A DNA stretch of 31,460 bases from a virus (lineage: Duplodnaviria > Caudoviricetes), in IMG/VR virus record IMGVR_UViG_3300047295_000050, positions 1 through 31,460 of that record. One strand, 5' to 3'. Each line of letters starts with the position of its first letter. Within the stretch, counting starts at the first letter, position 1. The notes under the pieces were generated by a model. It saw only the letters and a list, made by a program, of their open reading frames with translations, had not been told where the DNA came from and made no database searches. The position numbers were made by a program, and so were the translations under genes. This document shows, piece after piece, positions 25,954 through 31,460 of the stretch.

Positions 25954-26159
25954 CTCTGCCTCTCCAACTCTTCAGCCGCAGCCACAAGCGCGCGTAGGCA
26001 GGCCAGGGTGACGTTGATCTTGTCGGTGTCCTGCTCAATTTCAAAACACCGAGGTCCTTCCATCAAACTTTCTGGGTCGATGCGTATGTCCAGCGCGATG
26101 CCGTTACCGTTGTCGACTTCAAACTGTGTCGGGCGCATTTTGTGGTACGTCATTTCCAT
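25950..26159 (-). CDS. Hypothetical protein
   Basis: AAGGAG RBS before ATG 26159; acidic 69 aa. Confidence 0.6.
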   Translation of the reverse strand: MEMTYHKMRPTQFEVDNGNGIALDIRIDPESLMEGPRCFEIEQDTDKINVTLACLRALVAAAEELERQR

Positions 26160-26281
26160 GCGAGCCACTCCTTGATGTGGTACCAAGCAATGCAACTAAT
26201 GGTGAACCATGCGGCGACCAAAGCCAGCCACAGGTAAATCATGGCGAAGATGCCAGCTTTTTCTCCTTCATTGAGTTTCAT
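26150..26281 (-). CDS. Small single-TM protein (43 aa; not in ORF track)
   Basis: MKLNEGEKAGIFAMIYLWLALVAAWFTISCIAWYHIKEWLAWK; GAGG RBS, ATGA overlap, fills the gap. Confidence 0.65.
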   Translation of the reverse strand: MKLNEGEKAGIFAMIYLWLALVAAWFTISCIAWYHIKEWLAWK

Positions 26282-26637
26282 TTCTTCAACCTCAAAATTG
26301 ATTCGCGCACTTCGTCGTAATAATAATCGTCGCCTAAATCAAAATCGTCCGCAGCTTTTTCAAGCGCAGCGTTCCAGATACCTACGGCTAACGCCGTGTA
26401 AGCATTGGCCGGACCCTTAGCGCACAAATCCATATCGAGGTGAACTAGCTTGAGGTCTTTGTCGAGGCGTGCCCATTCGGTGTTGCCGTGTCCGTAGGCA
26501 ATCCAGTCCGTTGTTGGCGGTCCTGACCACATGACGACTTGAGGTTCGTTATCGACGTACTGCCAAACCACCTTGTCATTCCCGTTTTCATCCTTGATTG
26601 TTTCCATTTTGATCACTCCTGCAAATGGATAAGTCAT
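26278..26637 (-). CDS. Hypothetical protein (AT-rich)
   Basis: ATGA overlaps at both ends; ends GIWNAALEKAA..ILRLKK. Confidence 0.65.
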   Translation of the reverse strand: MTYPFAGVIKMETIKDENGNDKVVWQYVDNEPQVVMWSGPPTTDWIAYGHGNTEWARLDKDLKLVHLDMDLCAKGPANAYTALAVGIWNAALEKAADDFDLGDDYYYDEVRESILRLKK

Positions 26638-27098
26638 GTCTTATTCCTCTTCCTAATCTCCGCAGCACACCGCTGCGCGATACCCTCGACGGATGCGTGC
26701 TGGTCGCAGATGTCGGCGCAGGCTTCCCTCTCTGCTGCAAGCTCTGCCTTCAGCCGCCTGATCTCGATCTGGAAAGCGTTCGCTTCGCAGCTACGCTCAC
26801 AGTGCGGTAGGCCGGTGCGGCGGGGTGGGTGGGTGTAGAGAAGTTCAATGGCCCAATTCGCCATGTCAGGATCACGCCACTCGGCGGGGTCTCTTTCGCT
26901 GTAGATCCATCGCGGGCCTTCAACCGAGGCGTCCAGCGCATAGCGCCACGCCACCGGCTCCTGCTCCTCCTGCGCCAGCGCGTCGCGGATGGCGGTGATG
27001 GCGTCTACCGTGTAGCCTTTCTGCATGTGCGGGTACTGCTTGGCGTGGTCTTCCAACGCCTCCAGCGCCTGCTGGGCGGCTTCGCGTAGGGTGGTCAT
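26634..27098 (-). CDS. Hypothetical modular early protein
   Basis: LREAAQQALEALE, QEPVAW, LYTHPP, AEREACA modules common in proteobacterial phage early genes. Confidence 0.75.
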   Translation of the reverse strand: MTTLREAAQQALEALEDHAKQYPHMQKGYTVDAITAIRDALAQEEQEPVAWRYALDASVEGPRWIYSERDPAEWRDPDMANWAIELLYTHPPRRTGLPHCERSCEANAFQIEIRRLKAELAAEREACADICDQHASVEGIAQRCAAEIRKRNKT

Positions 27099-27451
27099 GT
27101 CTTCTCTCCTTCCACTGCCTTGATGGCGGCGCGAATTTGGGCACGGATTGGCCGTAAAACTCGGTCATAGCAAAGCGTCTTGTCGGCCCACTGGTCGTAG
27201 GCTTTACACGCCTCCAGCAGCGCATCGCGCTGTGCTTCCAGTCCTTCATAGTAGGCATGTACATTAGCGAGCGCGGAGACGGCTTCGTCGCCGGCAAGAG
27301 CGCGCCGGTTCCTGTTCGCCACTTCTGCGGCAAGTCGCTCGTTCTCCGCGCACAACCGGCGCAGTTCATCGTCTACCTGTAAATGCCATTCGTGATGACG
27401 GCTCAGCCTAGAAACGTCAGCCAGCCGCAGTGCTTCAGGTTGCGTACTCAT
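27095..27451 (-). CDS. Hypothetical early protein
   Basis: MSTQPEALRLAD..ELRRL..QRDALLEA..RAAIKAVEGE; ATGA overlaps. Confidence 0.7.
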   Translation of the reverse strand: MSTQPEALRLADVSRLSRHHEWHLQVDDELRRLCAENERLAAEVANRNRRALAGDEAVSALANVHAYYEGLEAQRDALLEACKAYDQWADKTLCYDRVLRPIRAQIRAAIKAVEGEKT

Positions 27452-27630
27452 CCCGCCACCCCCAACACCACAGCCATCGCACAGACGACGACCGCAGCGG
27501 CCACCCAGCACAGCACCTCCAGCGCAATATCGCGCTTAGGCACAGGCATGTCTTCAAGGTTACAGGCCTCGCGGTACGGGCATGAGCGGCCCTGTTCGCA
27601 CAGGCCGTCGCAGCAGTTTCTGTCGGTCAC
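27448..27630 (-). CDS. Small Cys-rich membrane protein
   Basis: AGGAGG RBS, GTG start; CCDGLCEQGRSCP followed by a C-terminal TM helix. Confidence 0.65.
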   Translation of the reverse strand: MTDRNCCDGLCEQGRSCPYREACNLEDMPVPKRDIALEVLCWVAAAVVVCAMAVVLGVAG

Positions 27631-27776
27631 TTGATCCTCCTTGCCGGCACTGCCAGCAGCCAACGGTCACCCAGCAGACGGATCGAGCGGATCCATTGCC
27701 GGGTGTTGTGTCGATCAATCCGGCGGTCGCCGGATGCCCACAGGACGCGCGCTCGGCGCAGCATTCTGGTGTTCAT
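27627..27776 (-). CDS. Small basic protein (49 aa; not in ORF track)
   Basis: MNTRMLRRARVLWASGDRRIDRHNTRQWIRSIRLLGDRWLLAVPARRIK; 4-nt overlaps at both ends. Confidence 0.7.
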   Translation of the reverse strand: MNTRMLRRARVLWASGDRRIDRHNTRQWIRSIRLLGDRWLLAVPARRIK

Positions 27777-27949
27777 CGCTCGGCCTCAGCCTCGTAAGCC
27801 AGCACGTCAGCAAGCCTGTACCGCGCCTGGCCGCCGATCTTCAGCCACGTCGGTCCTTTGCCCTGGTGTCGCCAGTTCTCCAGCGTGCCCACGGCGACCT
27901 TCCACCTGGTGGCCAGTTCTTCGGTGGTCAGCAGTTCGTCTTCGTTCAT
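27773..27949 (-). CDS. Xis/AlpA-like HTH protein (58 aa; not in ORF track)
   Basis: LLTTEELATRWKVAVGTLENWRHQGKGPTWLKIGGQARYRLADVLAYE; GGAGG RBS, ATGA overlaps. Confidence 0.88.
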   Translation of the reverse strand: MNEDELLTTEELATRWKVAVGTLENWRHQGKGPTWLKIGGQARYRLADVLAYEAEAER

Positions 27950-28725
27950 ACCGCACCCTCCTCGGCGTCAATGATTTCGGCGTCTACGGGTTGTGCCTGC
28001 TCGGCTCGCGGTGCCTGCTCGGCGTCGATCTCGTCGGCGCGGCGCTGCACTGCGGCTACCACGCGGTCGCGGTCCTTACCCTTGGGCACGCGGCGCATTT
28101 GTGGGCGCAACAATTCCAAAAACTCTCGCGTGGCGGCAGATTTGATTGTCTTGATTAGCGCATCCACGTCAACTGCGGGCGGCGCAGAAATTGCTGGCGC
28201 AGGGTCGGCAACTTCCTCGGCGTTGCCCATGTCGCGCACGATAGTCTGCGGGGCCATGTCTTGACCCTCCTCCTCAGAATAGGTGCCGACAACAACGCCA
28301 GGAAACACGGTGCGAATGCCTTCCGAAATGCAGCGAGAACGCAGCATCTGCCGTGGATACTTTGTCCACGTCTGATTGCCCAACAGGCCGGCCTTGCGAC
28401 CCATCTCGACGGTCCACTCAATGGTGACGCTGCCGCCTTTGGGGTGCGAAAACGTACCGACCACACGCTGGTCCGTGTAGTCGCTCCACTCCACCTTGCC
28501 GCCTGCGGTCTGGAAGCGAGCCAGCATGGCGTCGGCCTTCAGCGTAGGCCGGCCGTTGATGACGTGGTAATCGCGGGCCGCGATGGCCGGGTGCATGCCC
28601 TCGGCCTGCGCGATCAGCATCAGGGCCATCGCTTGGTCTGGCGTCTTGACGCCGAACAGGCCGGACTTTGCGACGGCCAGCGCCATGCGTTCAACTTGGT
28701 CTACGGGGATCAGTGCGGTGCTCAT
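27946..28725 (-). CDS. RecT/Bet-like single-strand annealing protein
   Basis: HVINGRPTLKADAM and WTKYPRQMLRSRCISEGIR motifs, acidic tail; near YqaJ exonuclease; GAGGA RBS. Confidence 0.8.
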   Translation of the reverse strand: MSTALIPVDQVERMALAVAKSGLFGVKTPDQAMALMLIAQAEGMHPAIAARDYHVINGRPTLKADAMLARFQTAGGKVEWSDYTDQRVVGTFSHPKGGSVTIEWTVEMGRKAGLLGNQTWTKYPRQMLRSRCISEGIRTVFPGVVVGTYSEEEGQDMAPQTIVRDMGNAEEVADPAPAISAPPAVDVDALIKTIKSAATREFLELLRPQMRRVPKGKDRDRVVAAVQRRADEIDAEQAPRAEQAQPVDAEIIDAEEGAV

Positions 28726-28736
28726 TGGCGCGTTCC

Positions 28737-28973
28737 TCAGCGAGAGATGGAGTCGATGTACTGGGCTGCGCGCAACGCTTCTTGTGCGTCCTGAGTTCTG
28801 CGTCCTCCGGGCAGAACCCAGCCCTCCGGCAGTTGAGTGCCGTCGTCTCGATGCAGCGCGCCAGCCCAGAGCAGGCGTCCTCGGCCGTACTGCAAGTTAT
28901 TTGCGTGGTGAAACTCGGCGCGCGAAGTTTCGATTGACGGTTTCGCGTCGCGTTCGTTTTTGCTGAAGTTCAT
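28737..28973 (-). CDS. Hypothetical protein
   Basis: GGAG RBS; EGWVLPGG motif. Confidence 0.6.
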   Translation of the reverse strand: MNFSKNERDAKPSIETSRAEFHHANNLQYGRGRLLWAGALHRDDGTQLPEGWVLPGGRRTQDAQEALRAAQYIDSISR

Positions 28974-28985
28974 AGTGTGCTCTCC

Positions 28986-29003
28986 GGGGCGGCGAACCGC
29001 CCC
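28986..29003 (-). other. Intergenic RNA hairpin with UUCG loop
   Basis: GGGGCGG-TTCG-CCGCCCC on the - strand; no U-tract; abuts the next RBS. Confidence 0.55.
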
Positions 29004-29011
29004 TGTGGTGA

Positions 29012-29260
29012 TCAGTCAGTCAGGCCGGCGGGTTCGTCGGCGGGGACGGCCTCGGGCAGGCCCACGGTTTCCACCATCACTCCGGCAGCCATCAGCGAAA
29101 TGATGTCGTCGTGCGTGGCGGGCGCGATTACGAACTGCGGCGTGACGTGGCGCAGTACATCGGCCGAGGTGTAGGCGCGGACCAGTCGCTCGTTGCCCTC
29201 CGCGTCCATCACGGTCCAGACCTTCATCACGCGCGTGTAGGTGCGCTTCTTGTCGCTCAT
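29012..29260 (-). CDS. Small hypothetical protein ending EPAGLTD
   Basis: ERLVRA..VLRHV..ATHDDI..GVMVE pattern; AAGGA RBS, ATGA overlap. Confidence 0.75.
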   Translation of the reverse strand: MSDKKRTYTRVMKVWTVMDAEGNERLVRAYTSADVLRHVTPQFVIAPATHDDIISLMAAGVMVETVGLPEAVPADEPAGLTD

Positions 29261-29922
29261 TTTTTTCCTTCCGCAAGACGCCTCAGCGCCTCGACTTTTT
29301 CGCCGACCTCTGCGAGAAACGATGTGACCTGGCGCTCGAGGTCGGCAATAAACGCCGGGTCACGGGGGATGCGCTGGACGTACAGCTGCAGCGGCTCGGG
29401 CATACGCGGGTCGTAGCTCACGAAATCGCACCACTGGCGGCCAGTGATCCACATCTGGCCCTGAACCTGCGGCATGTGATCCGCAGGCATACCGCCCAGC
29501 AGCGTTTCGATGTGGACCGCGCTGTTGTACGGGCACTTAATCTCGATCAGGCCGTCCCAGTCCACCAAGCCGTCAGGCGAACAGCCGGCCAGCAGGACGT
29601 CGTGGGCGACGAAGCCCGTTTCCTCGACCTCGATGCCCGTGTGGGCCTCGTACGCGGCACGCGCTGCAAATTCCTGCTGAGTGCCCCAGAGCATGGCGGC
29701 AGTCGTGAACTTCTGGATCGCGCGACCGGTCAGGCGCTCGACAACCAGTTCTGTCAGGTAATCCTTTCGGGCTTGGGTGGGATCTCCTGGCAGCCCCTTT
29801 TTAGCCTGCGCTTCGGTCGGTTTCTTGCGGGCCATCGCGTCCTTGAAGCGGGATGCGGTGACCTTGCCGCACCTGGCGGCGTACCAGTCGTCAGAGCGCT
29901 GGTCTGCGGTTTCGAGGATCAT
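29257..29922 (-). CDS. YqaJ / lambda exonuclease family
   Basis: QRSDDWYAARCGKVTAS, GCSPDGLV, IEIKCP, QVQGQMW, CDFVSYDPR; AAGGAGG RBS. Confidence 0.95.
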   Translation of the reverse strand: MILETADQRSDDWYAARCGKVTASRFKDAMARKKPTEAQAKKGLPGDPTQARKDYLTELVVERLTGRAIQKFTTAAMLWGTQQEFAARAAYEAHTGIEVEETGFVAHDVLLAGCSPDGLVDWDGLIEIKCPYNSAVHIETLLGGMPADHMPQVQGQMWITGRQWCDFVSYDPRMPEPLQLYVQRIPRDPAFIADLERQVTSFLAEVGEKVEALRRLAEGKK

Positions 29923-30176
29923 CGCGTGTCCTCCTTCCATCCCTCGCGATCAGCGAGTTCGGCCTGGTCTACCTGCTCGGAGGTGTAGATCGCGTCTTCA
30001 ATGCGGCCGGCTGCGCGGTCGATCCTGCGACCGGCGGCGATCATGTCGCCGTGACCGGACTGTTCCAGCAGCGCGGTCGCCTTAGCCAGCAGCAGCAGCA
30101 GGTCGTGCGCATACTGGCGGTAGTAGTCCACCAGGGCGCGCGCGTCGCAGACGCGGAGGTGCGAATACGGGTTCAT
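29919..30176 (-). CDS. Hypothetical protein
   Basis: GGAGG RBS; ATGA overlaps at both ends. Confidence 0.7.
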   Translation of the reverse strand: MNPYSHLRVCDARALVDYYRQYAHDLLLLLAKATALLEQSGHGDMIAAGRRIDRAAGRIEDAIYTSEQVDQAELADREGWKEDTR

Positions 30177-30400
30177 TCTGCGGCCTCCTGCGGGTAGAAC
30201 TGCTGGAACCTTTCGTCGCCTTCCAGATGCAGCGAGTACTGCAAGACGTCGTATGCCCTCTCGCCGAGCACGTTGCCAATGTCGCGCGTTTCGGGGCTCT
30301 TGATGAGCGCCTGAACCGCTTCGTTGTTGATGTCCAGCATCAGATCCAGCGAGGCACTCAACTCGCGCACCAGTTCTTTGGCCAATTCGATGTCGTTCAT
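30173..30400 (-). CDS. Hypothetical protein
   Basis: AAGGAG RBS; acidic helical 75 aa. Confidence 0.7.
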   Translation of the reverse strand: MNDIELAKELVRELSASLDLMLDINNEAVQALIKSPETRDIGNVLGERAYDVLQYSLHLEGDERFQQFYPQEAAE

Positions 30401-30413
30401 TCAGTGGGCTCCT

Positions 30414-30818
30414 TCAGAACCAAAAGTGGTTGTCGTCAAAATCGGCGCGCTTGATCTCGTCCTCGTAGCGCTCCCAAGCACGCGACGTGATATCGCCGTC
30501 CTTGGCCCGCAAATAGCGCACGCGCAGCTCATACACTGCGGGCACGATACGGTCGATGTGGCCGGCGAACACCAACGCGATCAGCTGATCGGCAGTGGCC
30601 TGCTGGAGGTCAGCCGGCACGGCCGTCAGGTCGACAGGCGTCTCGTCGCACGTCGATTCGTGGGCGAGCCAGTCGGTGACGAACAGCGGCGTCCTCAGCA
30701 TGTCGTCCTTGGCTGCCTCGAAGTCAAGGTCGATGTCCTCGTAATCGCTGCGGGGATCGTGCGGGTGGCCCGTATACGGGCCGTAGTCGGGGTCGTAGTG
30801 GGCTTGGCTGATTCTCAT
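30414..30818 (-). CDS. Hypothetical acidic protein, first gene of the leftward operon
   Basis: AGGAG RBS; GPYTGHPHDPR motif; ends DFDDNHFWF. Confidence 0.7.
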   Translation of the reverse strand: MRISQAHYDPDYGPYTGHPHDPRSDYEDIDLDFEAAKDDMLRTPLFVTDWLAHESTCDETPVDLTAVPADLQQATADQLIALVFAGHIDRIVPAVYELRVRYLRAKDGDITSRAWERYEDEIKRADFDDNHFWF

Positions 30819-30972
30819 CGTCTGCTCCTGTTTTGTTTGGGGACGAACGGATGTTGCCACGATAGACTACGCAAGTCAACGCAAACTCACGCGATTCCCC
30901 ACTATTTCACGCGGGCTTTGCGTGCCTCGGCAAGCATGGCATCATTGCGCCCCCGACAACGATGGGACAGAC
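30819..30972. promoter_or_regulatory. Divergent promoter/operator region
   Basis: Non-coding gap between divergent operons; leftward TTGACT-N17-CAACAT (30879 to 30851); ACG(C) repeated every 10 bp. Confidence 0.6.
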
Positions 30973-31460
30973 ATGGATAGGAAAACGAAAGCACTGATCG
31001 ACGAACTGCCGCCTGCGCTGCGCAACCTTATGCTTACCCGCACCGTGGAGGAGGGCGATTGCCTGATCTGGACCGGGATGACCTGCGTGGCGTTCACTCG
31101 AGTGCCACGCTGCCATTACGACTCTACCGGCACGCCGACGAAGGCGTCGCGCTCGCTGCGGCGCACGATCTCCGAGGCGATGGCGGGCAAGCCGTTGGGC
31201 AAGTTCGTGGCGTCATGCATGTGCGGCACGCCGCTCTGCGTGCATCCCGCTCACCTCAGTGTGATGACTCGAAAAGCCGCGATGCAGCGGGCGTCGGCCG
31301 CAGGCAAGGTCAAGGGCGCGGCCACGACTGCGCGCAACCGTCTGAGCGGGCTGCGTCGGCGCAAACTGACCGACGATCAGGTTCGGGAGATCCTGGCCCG
31401 CAGCGACGAATCGCAGTCGCGCCTGGCGCTGGAGTTCGGCGTTTGCCGCGCGACGATCGG
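30973..31460 (+). CDS. HNH-like (Zn-binding loop) protein with C-terminal HTH; truncated, not in ORF track
   Basis: Open to the window end: GDCLIWTG..CGTPLCVHPAHL..KLTDDQVREILA..SQSRLALEFGVCRATI. Confidence 0.75.
   Translation, partial: MDRKTKALIDELPPALRNLMLTRTVEEGDCLIWTGMTCVAFTRVPRCHYDSTGTPTKASRSLRRTISEAMAGKPLGKFVASCMCGTPLCVHPAHLSVMTRKAAMQRASAAGKVKGAATTARNRLSGLRRRKLTDDQVREILARSDESQSRLALEFGVCRATI

Noticed and set aside
25282-26175. 297-aa + strand ORF in the early arm
   Set aside because: Antisense to a chain of coupled - strand genes including DUF3310; no recognisable motifs.
27773-27949. Xis-like gene as proof of a temperate lifestyle
   Set aside because: No integrase, repressor, att site or host genes in the window; lifestyle cannot be determined.

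Overview
Most of the genome of a GC-rich tailed dsDNA phage with a P22-like (podovirus) virion. The small-gene families resemble those of aquatic Betaproteobacteria phages (inference). The + strand late arm (146-24613) runs: terS, terL, three small basic proteins and an HExxH protein, portal, ferritin/Dps-like protein, tail fibre with S74 chaperone, scaffold, P22 gp5-type capsid, two paralogous small capsid-associated genes, a GT-A glycosyltransferase, gp4/gp10-like tail proteins, two more tail/receptor-binding proteins, three ejection-type proteins, then five membrane/lipoprotein genes and a GH24 lysozyme. A convergent - strand early arm (24579-30818) holds many small genes, DUF3310, an Xis/AlpA-type HTH, a RecT/Bet-like annealase and a YqaJ exonuclease. 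A divergent control region precedes a truncated degenerate HNH-HTH gene. No tRNA, CRISPR, integrase or reverse transcriptase is visible. Best leads: (1) an N-A-L-[AT]-P-x3-N-[AS]-L motif shared by the last ejection protein and an AT-rich metalloprotease-like gene, suggesting tag-directed virion cargo; (2) the same C-terminal EPAGLTD peptide on two unrelated small proteins; (3) a codon-diverged but peptide-identical paralog pair next to a glycosyltransferase. Family names come from motif recognition, not database searches.
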